A DNA stretch of 62,684 nucleotides, counting the filler. It is 4 parts of 4 records of this genome, joined end to end, with 100 filler letters (N's around TTAATTAATTAA, not from the genome) between each part and the next. Parts side by side here need not be neighbours in the genome. Positions count along the whole stretch, not along the records: positions 29,804 to 54,889 come from SRR22947727_839; positions 54,990 to 62,684 come from SRR22947727_847; 2 more parts are not named here. One strand, given 5' to 3'. Position 1 is the first letter of the stretch. Each line of letters opens with the position of its first letter. The notes beneath the pieces were generated by a model. That model worked only from the letters and a program-made list of their open reading frames with translations, was not told the DNA's origin and made no database searches. A program made the translations under genes and the position numbers. Of this stretch, positions 48,135-58,353 are shown in pieces.

Positions 48135-49904
48135 ATGAAAATGACCACTGAAGAAGCCTTTGTAAAAACGCTCCAGATGCACGGTATCCGCCACGCTTTC
48201 GGGATCATTGGTTCTGCCATGATGCCTATTTCTGATATCTTTCCAAAAGCTGGAATCATGTTTTGGGACTGCGCCCATGAAGGGTCCGCTGGGATGATGG
48301 CGGATGGCTACACCCGCGCCACCGGCGAAATGTCCATGATGATCGCACAAAACGGTCCTGGCATTACCAATTTCGTTACTGCGGTCAAAACCGCCTATTG
48401 GAACCATACCCCCCTGCTGTTGGTCACACCACAAGCGGCCAATAAAACCATCGGTCAGGGTGGCTTCCAAGAAGTTGAACAAATGAAATTGTTCGAAGAT
48501 ATGGTTGCCTACCAAGAAGAAGTTCGCGACCCGAGCCGGATGGCAGAAGTCCTGAACCGTGTCATTATGCAGGCGCATCGGGCCTCCGCCCCGGCACAGA
48601 TCAACATTCCGCGCGATATGTGGACCCAGGTTGTTGATATTGAGTTGCCAAAAATCGTTGCATTCGAGCGCCCACAAGGTGGGGAGAGCGCGGTTGCGGA
48701 AGCGGCTGAGTTGATCTCGAATGCGAAATTCCCGGTCATCTTGAATGGCGCCGGCGTTGTTCTGGCCGATGCGTTTGACGATGTTGCCGCTTTGGCAGAG
48801 CGTTTGGATGCACCGGTCTGTGTGGGCTACCAGCACAATGATGCATTCCCTGGCTCGCATCCTTTGTTTGCCGGTCCTTTGGGCTATAATGGCTCAAAAG
48901 CGGGCATGGAGCTGATCTCACGGGCTGACGTCGTGGTCGCGCTGGGCACACGGCTTAACCCGTTCTCAACACTGCCGGGCTACGGGATTGATTACTGGCC
49001 GGTGAATGCGAAAATCATTCAGGTGGATATCAACCCAGATCGGATCGGTTTGACCAAGCCTGTAAGCGTGGGCATCGTTGGGGATGCGAAAAAAGTGGCG
49101 CAAGGCTTGCTGGCGCGCCTGTCTGATACGGCCGGCGATGCGGGTCGTGAGGAGCGCAAGAACTTGATCGCGACAACCAAATCAGCTTGGGCGCAAGAGT
49201 TGACTTCAATGGATCACGAAGATGATGATCCAGGCACCACTTGGAACCAACGTGCACGTGCGGACAAGCCAGATTGGATGTCTCCGCGTATGGCTTGGCG
49301 TGCTATCCAATCGGCTCTGCCAAAAGAGGCAATTATCTCCTCAGACATTGGCAACAACTGCGCCATCGGCAACGCCTACCCCTCCTTTGATGAAGGCCGA
49401 AAGTATCTGGCTCCGGGTCTCTTTGGTCCCTGTGGCTACGGTCTGCCGTCAATCGTTGGCGCGAAAATCGGTCAACCTCACGTTCCTGTGGTCGGTTTTG
49501 CAGGTGACGGCGCCTTCGGGATTGCGGTTAATGAGCTGACGGCCATTGGTCGCGACGAATGGCCTGCTGTAACACAGATCGTGTTCCGCAACTACCAATG
49601 GGGCGCAGAAAAGCGCAACTCAACCCTCTGGTTCGACGATAACTTCGTTGGCACTGAGTTGGACACCAAAGTCTCCTATGCCGGCATCGCGCAGGCCTGT
49701 GGTTTGATTGGTGTGCAAGTGAAAACCATGGAAGAGTTGACCGATGTGTTAAACCAAGCCATCAAAGATCAAATGGAAAACAATAAAACCACTTTGATCG
49801 AGGTCTTGTTGAACCAAGAATTGGGTGAGCCTTTCCGACGGGACGCAATGAAAAAACCTGTTCAAGTTGCAGGCGTGTCTTCGACAGATATGGCGGCTGA
49901 ATAA
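48135..49904 (+). CDS. xsc: Sulfoacetaldehyde acetyltransferase
   Basis: [12 protein letters not shown]-binding [35 protein letters not shown]. Confidence 0.96.
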   Translation: MKMTTEEAFVKTLQMHGIRHAFGIIGSAMMPISDIFPKAGIMFWDCAHEGSAGMMADGYTRATGEMSMMIAQNGPGITNFVTAVKTAYWNHTPLLLVTPQAANKTIGQGGFQEVEQMKLFEDMVAYQEEVRDPSRMAEVLNRVIMQAHRASAPAQINIPRDMWTQVVDIELPKIVAFERPQGGESAVAEAAELISNAKFPVILNGAGVVLADAFDDVAALAERLDAPVCVGYQHNDAFPGSHPLFAGPLGYNGSKAGMELISRADVVVALGTRLNPFSTLPGYGIDYWPVNAKIIQVDINPDRIGLTKPVSVGIVGDAKKVAQGLLARLSDTAGDAGREERKNLIATTKSAWAQELTSMDHEDDDPGTTWNQRARADKPDWMSPRMAWRAIQSALPKEAIISSDIGNNCAIGNAYPSFDEGRKYLAPGLFGPCGYGLPSIVGAKIGQPHVPVVGFAGDGAFGIAVNELTAIGRDEWPAVTQIVFRNYQWGAEKRNSTLWFDDNFVGTELDTKVSYAGIAQACGLIGVQVKTMEELTDVLNQAIKDQMENNKTTLIEVLLNQELGEPFRRDAMKKPVQVAGVSSTDMAAE

Positions 49905-49915
49905 GGAGCTTCGGT

Positions 49916-50920
49916 GTGGCGGCATTTCGCGATATTCTTGCCGCCACCTCTGGCGCAACACCAACCATTGTATTGAGCGAGGGCGCCGACCCTCGCGTTG
50001 CAGAAGCCGCGGTTGCGGCTTCTGTTGCTAATTTGGCAAAAATTATTTGCATCGGCGACCCGGCCTTGGTGCAACCGGCGCTTGCTGCGGCGGGCTCAGT
50101 GGGCGATATCGCAATCGAAGACCCCGCCACAAGCCCGCGATTGCCCGGCTATATTGCAGATTATGTGCGCAAGCGTGCGGCCAAGGGCATGACGCCCGAA
50201 AAAGCCCAGCTTGAATTGTCCCAAGCCAACTTTTTCGCAGCCGCGATGGTCGCGGCCGGGGATGCCGATGGTACGATTGGTGGCGCAGTCTATTCCACAC
50301 CCGATATCATCCGCGCAGCACTCAAAGTGATTGGCACGGCGGAGGGTACAAAGCTTTTATCGTCTTTTTTCTTTATGCTTTTCGAAGATCGCCCGGATCT
50401 GCCCAGCCCGGTGAACGTCTTCACCGATTGCGGTCTGGTGATTGACCCCAGCGCTGAAGAATTGGCCGATATTGCGATTTCCTCTGCGGAATCGATGCGC
50501 TGTCTCACCGGGCTGGAGCCCAAAATCGCGATGCTGTCTTTCTCCACGCGCGGCAGTGCCAAACATGCCAATGTCACCAAAGTGAGCCAGGCCACCGCCA
50601 TGGTGCAGGCGGCGCGACCGGATCTTGTGGTCGATGGTGAGTTGCAATTCGATGCGGCCATGGTGCCATCGGTCGGTGCCGCGAAAGCACCCGGTTCACC
50701 CGTTGCCGGGCAGGCAAATATCTTTGTCTTTCCGAATTTGGATGCCGGCAATATCGGCTATAAAATTGCGCAGCGTTTTGGTGGCGCCAAGGCCATTGGC
50801 CCGATTTTACAAGGCCTGGCAAGACCAGCGAATGATTTGTCACGCGGCTGTACTGCGGATGATATCATTGACATGATTTGTGTAACGGCAGCTCAGGCCG
50901 CCGTTCAAAAAAATACCTGA
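49916..50920 (+). CDS. pta: Phosphate acetyltransferase
   Basis: [42 protein letters not shown]. Confidence 0.95.
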   Translation: MAAFRDILAATSGATPTIVLSEGADPRVAEAAVAASVANLAKIICIGDPALVQPALAAAGSVGDIAIEDPATSPRLPGYIADYVRKRAAKGMTPEKAQLELSQANFFAAAMVAAGDADGTIGGAVYSTPDIIRAALKVIGTAEGTKLLSSFFFMLFEDRPDLPSPVNVFTDCGLVIDPSAEELADIAISSAESMRCLTGLEPKIAMLSFSTRGSAKHANVTKVSQATAMVQAARPDLVVDGELQFDAAMVPSVGAAKAPGSPVAGQANIFVFPNLDAGNIGYKIAQRFGGAKAIGPILQGLARPANDLSRGCTADDIIDMICVTAAQAAVQKNT

Positions 50921-50946
50921 ATTGCAGGCAATAGGGGGTCCTACCC

Positions 50947-53757
50947 ATGGGATTTGAAGAACCAAAACTGAACTTGTCACCCAAGGTGAGTGATGAGATC
51001 CGCAAGACCACTTGCTATATGTGCGCTTGCCGTTGTGGGATCAATGTCCACATGAAGGAGGGCAAGGTCGCCTATATCGAGGGCAACCGCGATCACCCGG
51101 TGAATAAGGGGGTTCTTTGCGCCAAAGGTTCGGCAGGCATTATGCAGGTCAACGCCCCGTCGCGTCTGCGCGCACCGCTCAAACGGGTTGGGCCGCGAGG
51201 CTCTGGGGCTTTTGAAGAAATTTCATGGGATGAGGCGCTGCAGCTGGCGCAGGATTGGCTGGAGCCGGTTCATAAAGAAAATCCCGAAAAACTGGCGTTT
51301 TTCACTGGGCGGGATCAATCTCAAAGCTTCACCTCCTTTTGGGCGCAGGGGTTCGGCACGCCAAACTATGCGGCCCATGGCGGCTTTTGTTCGGTGAATA
51401 TGGCCGCCGGGGGCATTTACACGATGGGCGGCGCCTTTTGGGAGTTTGGACAACCCGATTGGGAGCGGACAAAACTATTCATGCTCTTTGGCGTGGCCGA
51501 AGATCACGACAGCAACCCGATCAAAATGGGTCTGGGCCGGTTGAAGGAACGCGGCGCGAAGGTGATTGGCGTCAACCCGATCCGCACGGGCTATAATGCG
51601 ATTTCCGATGAATGGGTGGGTATCACACCGGGCACAGATGGGCTGTTTATCCTATCCATGGTGCATTTGCTGCTTAAAGCTGGCAAAGTGGATTTGAATT
51701 ACCTTGCTCAGCTGACCAATGCGCCTGCACTGGTGGACAGCACCGAGGGGCCGAACAAAGGCATGTTGCTGCGCGGCGCAGATGGCAAGCTGCTGGTTAT
51801 TGACCGCAAAAGCGGAAAGCCTGTGGCCTTTGACACCAAGGGCATCACGCCAGATTTGGCCGCCACCTATGAAGGGCATCGCACGGTGTTCCAACATCTG
51901 GCCGAGCGTTATCTGTCTGATGACTATGCGCCTGAAAACGTGGCGGAGCGCTGCGGGATTTCCGCAGATCGGATCCGGGCCATCGCTGCAGATTTGGCCC
52001 GCGTTGCCTTTGATGAGGCCTTCGAGCTTGACCAACCCTGGACCGATTTCCGCGGCAATAAGCATGGTAAGATGATTGGCCGCCCGGTGTCCTTTCACGC
52101 TATGCGTGGCGTATCTGCCCATTCCAATGGCTTTCAAACCTGCCGCAGCCTGCATTTGCTGCAAATCATCCTGGGCACGGTTGAGGTGCCCGGCGGGTTT
52201 CGCTTTAAGCCGCCTTATCCAAAACCCGTTTCTGCGCATCCCAAACCGCACTGCAAAGTCACCCCCGGCGCCGCGCTGGACGGGCCGCATTTGGGCTATG
52301 TTCAGGGGCCGGACGATCTGTGTCTCAAAGACGACGGCAGCGCGGCCCGCATTGACAAGGCCTACACTTGGGAAAACCCCATGTCGGCGCATGGCCTGAT
52401 GCATATGGTGATATCCAATGCCCATGCCGGCGATCCCTATAAAATCGACGTCTTGTTCATGTATATGGCGAATATGAGCTGGAACAGCTCAATGAACAGC
52501 GGTGGTGTGATGGAGATGCTCACCGACAAGGATGAAAACGGCGAATATGTGATCCCGAAAATCATCTATTCGGACGCTTATTCTTCGGAAATGGTGGCCT
52601 ATGCGGATCTGATATTGCCAGACACGACCTATCTTGAGCGCCATGACTGCATTTCCTTGCTGGATCGTCCGATCTGTGAGGCGGGCGGTGCGGCGGACAG
52701 CATTCGCTGGCCGGTGGTGGAGCCGGACCGCGATGTGCGCGGCTTTCAGTCTGTTCTGGTCGATTTGGGCGCCCGCATGGGGCTCAAGGGCTTTGTCAAT
52801 GACGACGGATCGGCGAAATACAAAGACTATGCAGATTACATCGTCAATCACGAGCGTCGCCCTGGCGTGGGGCCGCTGATTGGGTTCCGCGGCGAGACGG
52901 GCCAAGAGGAAGGCCGCGGCGCGCCGAACCCCGATCAAATGCAGGCCTATATCGACAATGGCGGTTTTTATGAGATCCATGTGCCCGAAGGGGCAGATTA
53001 CTACAAACCATGGAACGCGGCCTACCAAGATTGGGCCGTGAAAATCGGCATTTATGACGCGCCGCAACCCTATCTTTTTGACATATATTCCGAACCCATG
53101 CGCCGCTTCCAACTGGCGGCAGAAGGCCATGGAGAGCGTCAACCGCCAGAGCATCTGCGCGCGCAAATCAAGCAGACGCTGGATCCGCTGCCGATGTGGT
53201 ATGCGCCCTTTGAGGATGGCGCGGTCGATGTGGAGGAATTCCCCGTCCATGCGCTGACCCAGCGCCCGATGGCCATGTATCATTCATGGGGGACGCAAAA
53301 CGCTTGGCTGCGGCAAATCCATGGGCAAAATCCGCTGTTTGTGCCGACCAAGATTTGGCAGGCCAATGGCTTTGCCGAGGGCGACTGGGCGCGGGTCACC
53401 TCCGCCCATGGCTCGATTGTGGTGCCGGTTGCACATATGGCTGCGCTGAACGAAAACACTGTTTGGACCTGGAACGCGATTGGCAAGCGCAAGGGGGCTT
53501 GGGCCTTGGATGAAAAGGCGCCTGAGGCGACCAAAGGCTTCCTGCTCAACCATTTGATCCATGAGCTGCAACCGCCCAAGGGCGACGGGCTGCGGTGGTC
53601 GAACTCCGATCCGGTGACTGGCCAAGCGGCCTGGTTCGATCTGCGGGTGAAAATCGAGAGGGCCGAGGCGCAATCCGAAAGCAGCCCACGCTTTGAGCCG
53701 ATCACCTCGCCGGTTGAAAAAGGCCCCAAAGCGATGCAGTGGAAAGTTGGGGAATGA
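50947..53757 (+). CDS. soeA: Molybdopterin oxidoreductase, sulfite dehydrogenase subunit SoeA
   Basis: CYMCACRC..C Fe-S motif; no Tat signal; DLILPDTTYLE; MYHSW; follows xsc-pta. Confidence 0.88.
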   Translation: MGFEEPKLNLSPKVSDEIRKTTCYMCACRCGINVHMKEGKVAYIEGNRDHPVNKGVLCAKGSAGIMQVNAPSRLRAPLKRVGPRGSGAFEEISWDEALQLAQDWLEPVHKENPEKLAFFTGRDQSQSFTSFWAQGFGTPNYAAHGGFCSVNMAAGGIYTMGGAFWEFGQPDWERTKLFMLFGVAEDHDSNPIKMGLGRLKERGAKVIGVNPIRTGYNAISDEWVGITPGTDGLFILSMVHLLLKAGKVDLNYLAQLTNAPALVDSTEGPNKGMLLRGADGKLLVIDRKSGKPVAFDTKGITPDLAATYEGHRTVFQHLAERYLSDDYAPENVAERCGISADRIRAIAADLARVAFDEAFELDQPWTDFRGNKHGKMIGRPVSFHAMRGVSAHSNGFQTCRSLHLLQIILGTVEVPGGFRFKPPYPKPVSAHPKPHCKVTPGAALDGPHLGYVQGPDDLCLKDDGSAARIDKAYTWENPMSAHGLMHMVISNAHAGDPYKIDVLFMYMANMSWNSSMNSGGVMEMLTDKDENGEYVIPKIIYSDAYSSEMVAYADLILPDTTYLERHDCISLLDRPICEAGGAADSIRWPVVEPDRDVRGFQSVLVDLGARMGLKGFVNDDGSAKYKDYADYIVNHERRPGVGPLIGFRGETGQEEGRGAPNPDQMQAYIDNGGFYEIHVPEGADYYKPWNAAYQDWAVKIGIYDAPQPYLFDIYSEPMRRFQLAAEGHGERQPPEHLRAQIKQTLDPLPMWYAPFEDGAVDVEEFPVHALTQRPMAMYHSWGTQNAWLRQIHGQNPLFVPTKIWQANGFAEGDWARVTSAHGSIVVPVAHMAALNENTVWTWNAIGKRKGAWALDEKAPEATKGFLLNHLIHELQPPKGDGLRWSNSDPVTGQAAWFDLRVKIERAEAQSESSPRFEPITSPVEKGPKAMQWKVGE

Positions 53758-54635
53758 ACCGCAAGCATTCCATAACGGGCCATGGCGGCGTGCAGCTGTG
53801 CGTGCATGATCTCGGACCTGAAACGGCGCCGGCGATTATTTTGGTGCATGGCTGGTCGCAATGCCACCTGTCGTTTGCGCGGCAAGCGGCGCTGGCCGAC
53901 GGGTTTCGGCTGATCCTGCCCGACCTGCGCGGCCATGGGCAATCGGATAAACCTCTCGATCCAGCCTGTTACGACAACAGCCGGCCATGGGCGGAGGATA
54001 TGCAGGCGATCATCACCAGCCTTGCCCTTGATGCGCCCCTATTGGTTGGGTGGTCGATGGGTGGCTGGGTTGTGATGGATTATCTGGAGCATTTTGGCGA
54101 TGCGGCTTTGGCGGGTGTCGGTCTGACCGGCTCGTCCATCACGACCGGGGCGCATCTGCCGCCCGCGGCCGCCAAGGTGCGCAATGATCCCCCGGCAAAG
54201 GCTGTGGGCATGTATTCCGAGGATCTGGCGGAAAATCTGGCCGCCGTTCAGGCCTTCGTTTCGGTCTGTTTCCATCAACAGCCCGATGCGGGTACTCTGG
54301 CTCAGGCGGTGGGGTATAATATGCTCGTGCCGCCGCAGGTGCGGGCCGCGGCGCGGTTGCGCCAAGAAGATCGCCGGGCTGTGGCCGAGGCGACGGTTAA
54401 ACCCGCTTGGGTGGCCTGGGGCGCACATGAGCGCTTGGCCCCGGCGGAAATGGGGCAACAAGCCCTGGCGCATTTCCCGAATGCGGAAGGGCAAATCTAT
54501 CACAATTCCGGCCATTCGCCCTTTTGGGAGGAAGCCACGGCGTTCAACACCGACCTCGCCGCATTCGCAACCCGCTGCTTCGCGCCCATCCCGCGCGGTT
54601 CATCCGCAGCCCATATTTCAGGAGGTCCCCTATGA
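53754..54635 (+). CDS. Alpha/beta hydrolase (non-heme haloperoxidase-like)
   Basis: HGWSQ; DLRGHG; GWSMG; SGHSPFWE; ATGA overlaps at both ends. Confidence 0.88.
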   Translation: MNRKHSITGHGGVQLCVHDLGPETAPAIILVHGWSQCHLSFARQAALADGFRLILPDLRGHGQSDKPLDPACYDNSRPWAEDMQAIITSLALDAPLLVGWSMGGWVVMDYLEHFGDAALAGVGLTGSSITTGAHLPPAAAKVRNDPPAKAVGMYSEDLAENLAAVQAFVSVCFHQQPDAGTLAQAVGYNMLVPPQVRAAARLRQEDRRAVAEATVKPAWVAWGAHERLAPAEMGQQALAHFPNAEGQIYHNSGHSPFWEEATAFNTDLAAFATRCFAPIPRGSSAAHISGGPL

Positions 54636-54889
54636 CAACCTTACCCGAAACCTCCGCAAAAAAGCTGGGCTTGGTCATTGACCTTGACACATGCGTTGGT
54701 TGCCATGCCTGTGTGGTCAGCTGCAAGGGCTGGAACACCGAGAATTATGGCGCGCCCCTGTCGGATCAAGATCCCTATGGGGCAGATCCCTCGGGCACGT
54801 TCTTGAACCGCGTGCATTCCTATGAGGTGCAGCCTGAGACTGGTCCGGCGCAGTTGATCCATTTTCCAAAATCCTGCCTGCATTGCGAA
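54632..54889 (+). CDS. soeB: 4Fe-4S ferredoxin subunit SoeB, 3' truncated
   Basis: CVGCHACVVSC; FPKSCLHCE; AGGAGG SD. Confidence 0.88.
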
Positions 54890-54989
54890 NNNNNNNNNNN
54901 NNNNNNNNNNNNNNNNNNNNNNNNNNNNNNNNNTTAATTAATTAANNNNNNNNNNNNNNNNNNNNNNNNNNNNNNNNNNNNNNNNNNNN
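54890..54989. other. Artificial contig spacer
   Basis: N44-TTAATTAATTAA-N44. Confidence 0.97.
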
Positions 54990-56071
54990 TTCATATAGGC
55001 TTCAAATGTCAGTTTTTGAACATCAACATCATGGCAAAGCGATACGAATCTTTCGCGCCGTTCATCCGAGCGATAATAGGCGTTTTGCATTGAGGCCAAT
55101 ACGCGAAACACCGTTTTATGTTCGCGCATGAACAAAGAGCGGGCCAGTTTTAAATCCTTTACACGCCCGGTTTTCAAAAAGGCGCTGGCGGCGGTGGCGG
55201 CCACTTGCCCCCCGACCATGGCATAATAAATCCCTTCTCCAGAACTGGGCGCCACAACTCCGGCGGCGTCACCTGCCAGCACCACATCGCGGCCATTATC
55301 CCATCGATCAAGTGGCTTTAACGGAATGGGCGCCCCTTCTTTTCGAATCGTTTTGCAGCCTTCTAAACCGGCAGCCCGGCGCAATTTAGCGGTGGCATCT
55401 TTCAGATCAAACCCGTCAAGCCCGGTGCCCATCCCGACGCTGGCAGAGCCGCCATGGGGAAACACCCAGCCGTAAAAATCGGGTGATATATCGCCATCAT
55501 AAATCACATCGCAGCGCATAGGGTCATAGGTGGCGTTGGGTTTGGGGGCTTCGATAATTTCGTGATAGGCAATGACATAAGGAATTTTTTCGCCATCGGG
55601 CACTTCTGCGCGGGCCACCGAAGAGCGTGCGCCATCCGCGCCAATAACCAGTTTTGTTTCTAAAAGCGTTTCTGCGCCAGTGTCGCGATCACGATATTGA
55701 ACTTGGGTTTTCTCGCCATCGCGGATGATTTTTTGAAAGACGCCGGTCAGACGCTGCGCGCCCGCCTTTGCTGCACGTTTTCGAAGAAATTCATCAAAAA
55801 ACTCGCGGTCTACCATACCAACATAGCCGTTTTCTATCGGAATATCGACGGATCTTTGCGTGGGTGACACCATCCGTGCGGTGGTGATTTTAGCCACGAT
55901 TTGCGAGTCAGGAATGCGAAAATCACTGATCAGGCGCGGGGGTACAGCGCCGCCGCAGGGCTTGATCCGGCCCGCGCGATCTAGCAGGGCAACCTTTCGG
56001 CCGCTGCGCGCTAAATCCTCTGCGGCTGTTGCACCCGAAGGTCCGCCTCCAATTACCACGACGTCAAACAT
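54990..56071 (-). CDS. bchP: Geranylgeranyl diphosphate reductase, 3' truncated
   Basis: GGGPSG; IKPCGGA; PDFYGWVFPH; GDAAG..SGEGIYYA. Confidence 0.95.
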
Positions 56072-56073
56072 GA

Positions 56074-57354
56074 TTATTCTCCCGGTACTAAATTCTGTGC
56101 GATTGGTTTGTGTTCGATGGTTTTTGCCGCCATAGCCGCAGCCAGAACGAACAGCGCGGCCTCAAATAGAAACACGCTGCCAAATGCGCTGGCGGGTGAG
56201 GCCATCCATAACCGCATCGCATCTGCTGCTGCGGCGCCAAACAGCCCGCCAAATCCTGCGGCGATGGCTTGCGCGGCGCCCCAAAGCCCCATCCGCGTGC
56301 CTTCGCGCGCCCCGCGCCCTGCGCCGGCAAGCGACATCATCGAGCCGATTGCCGCAACAGCAAACATACCGTTGAAGACGCCAAGCGCGATAACCGCCGC
56401 GGTCAATTGCGCGGCACTGCCCTCAAGTCCAAGCGCTGCGATCGCGCTTAAGCTTAACGCTGATCCGAGGCAACCGCCGATCACCCAGCTGCGCAGACTG
56501 CCAAGCTTCAAACCCGTACAGGCCAGTCCAACGCAGAGCATGCCCAAGAAGACGCCCCCATTCTGGGCCCCTGATAAGCTGGTAGATTTGCCTGGGCTAA
56601 AGCCGAATACCAGCCCAGCATAGGGTTCAAGAATCAACTCCTGCATGAAATAGGCGGTCATTGATAAGAACACAAAAACCGTGAACTTTCGGGCTTTATC
56701 TTCGGCCCAAACTTCCTTTAGCCCCTCTAAAAATGGTGTGTGAGAAGCTTCGGCCTGGCGGGTTAATCCGCGCTCGATGCCCCAAATCCCGATTAGGGTT
56801 AAAAGAACCGCGCCGGCGCTGACGGTTGCAACGATTTTGAGCAAAAGTAAATGGGAATATGGGTCTAACAGGCTGCCGGCAACGCCGGCTGTGATTGCAA
56901 TACCGGCGATCATCATCAGCCATGTGATTGTGGCGGCGGCGGCGCGGCGGCGCGGTGCTGTGGCTGTTGCCAATAAAGCCAATAGCGAGGTTCCAGACGC
57001 GCCAACACCCAATCCGATAGCGCTGTAGGCGATCACGGATAGAAACAAGCCCCATCCAAAATTTTGCTCGAGCAGAGGTATGGCGGCCGCTGCCGCAAGC
57101 CCTCCGAAAGCCAAAATCACCATCCCGCCAATAATCCAACTGCTGCGCTGGCCGCCCTTATCTGAACGAAATCCCCAATTTGGCCGGGTGATTTGAATGC
57201 CATAATGCAGCGCAACCAAAAAACCTGGTAAAAGCGCCGGCAACGCCAGTTCAACCACCATTAATCGGTTCAAGGTCGAGGTCATCAGCACCACGATCGC
57301 TCCAAGGCACATTTGCACCAATCCCAATCGTAAGATCGATATCCAACTAAGCAT
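56074..57354 (-). CDS. BCD/PucC family MFS transporter
   Basis: RLGLVQ; STLNRLMVVEL; QELILEPY; EGTRMGLWGAAQA; lies between bchG and bchP. Confidence 0.9.
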   Translation of the reverse strand: MLSWISILRLGLVQMCLGAIVVLMTSTLNRLMVVELALPALLPGFLVALHYGIQITRPNWGFRSDKGGQRSSWIIGGMVILAFGGLAAAAAIPLLEQNFGWGLFLSVIAYSAIGLGVGASGTSLLALLATATAPRRRAAAATITWLMMIAGIAITAGVAGSLLDPYSHLLLLKIVATVSAGAVLLTLIGIWGIERGLTRQAEASHTPFLEGLKEVWAEDKARKFTVFVFLSMTAYFMQELILEPYAGLVFGFSPGKSTSLSGAQNGGVFLGMLCVGLACTGLKLGSLRSWVIGGCLGSALSLSAIAALGLEGSAAQLTAAVIALGVFNGMFAVAAIGSMMSLAGAGRGAREGTRMGLWGAAQAIAAGFGGLFGAAAADAMRLWMASPASAFGSVFLFEAALFVLAAAMAAKTIEHKPIAQNLVPGE

Positions 57355-58265
57355 TACAAGGCCCCCCCAAGGAAGCGCAGCGCAAAAGCGGTGATTAACA
57401 TGCCGCTGACATACATCATCACTCCGGTGCCATTATACCAAGGCGCTTTTGCTTTAGGATCGCGCAGCATCACCCGCATCGCCCAAAGCTGGCCCAAGAT
57501 TAAGGCTGTGATCGCCGCCGGATAGGCATTAGGCACCGCCCAAAGCATCAGCAGAATCACCACCGCTAGCTGCGGAACTAACATGATCCAACAGGCGATA
57601 TGCGCTGCGCGCTTTGGCCCCAGCGTAACGGGCAAAGAACGTAAACCGGTTTGACGATCGCCCTCAAGCGCTTTGAAATCGTTCAAGGTCATAATGCCAT
57701 GCGCGCCCAACGCATAAAGCGTGGCCACAAGAATGATTTTTGGATCTGGCAGCGCGGTTGACATCACCGCAGCCCCGGTGAACCAAGGCAGGCCCTCATA
57801 GCACAGGCCAACCAGGCCCGGCCCCCACCAGCCCGATTTTTTAAGGCGGATTGGTTCGGCGGAATAAGCCCAAGCCGCCAAAACACCAAGAATTGTGGCG
57901 GCAAAGCCCCAGATTCCCAAACACCAGCCAACGAAGAGCGAAAGCGCTGACATTGCCAGCGCAATCCACAAGCCCCATGCGCCGGGAATCCGCCCTGAGG
58001 GGATCGGGCGATAGGGCTCATTGATCGCATCGACATGCCGGTCGCACCAATCATTGGCAGCTTGGCTCATCCCGCAGACAATTGGTCCGGATAAAACGAT
58101 CCCCAATAGGATAAGCCATATATTCTGTAGAAGCGGCATTCCCGAAGAGATCACGCCGCAGCCAAAGGCCCACATAGGCGGAAACCATGTGATGGGTTTT
58201 ATCAATTCCAGAGCCGCCAGCGGATGTGGTTTTTTCGCCAGCTGTAAACCTTGTGCAACAGTCAT
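57354..58265 (-). CDS. bchG: Bacteriochlorophyll synthase
   Basis: KPITWFPPMWA; NDWCDRHVDAINEP; TLNDFKALEGD. Confidence 0.96.
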   Translation of the reverse strand: MTVAQGLQLAKKPHPLAALELIKPITWFPPMWAFGCGVISSGMPLLQNIWLILLGIVLSGPIVCGMSQAANDWCDRHVDAINEPYRPIPSGRIPGAWGLWIALAMSALSLFVGWCLGIWGFAATILGVLAAWAYSAEPIRLKKSGWWGPGLVGLCYEGLPWFTGAAVMSTALPDPKIILVATLYALGAHGIMTLNDFKALEGDRQTGLRSLPVTLGPKRAAHIACWIMLVPQLAVVILLMLWAVPNAYPAAITALILGQLWAMRVMLRDPKAKAPWYNGTGVMMYVSGMLITAFALRFLGGAL

Positions 58266-58284
58266 ATGTCTAGTTTGACTTACA
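58243..58284. promoter_or_regulatory. Two tandem PpsR/CrtJ palindromes (TGT-N12-ACA) flanking the bchG start codon
   Basis: TGTaaaccttgtgcaACA at 58243-58260 and TGTctagtttgacttACA at 58267-58284. Confidence 0.8.
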
Positions 58285-58353
58285 ACTTATCGCAACGCAA
58301 GAAAAACCCGCCCGCAGAGGCAGGTTGATACCGGCTAGGGGCGCGTTTTTAAA

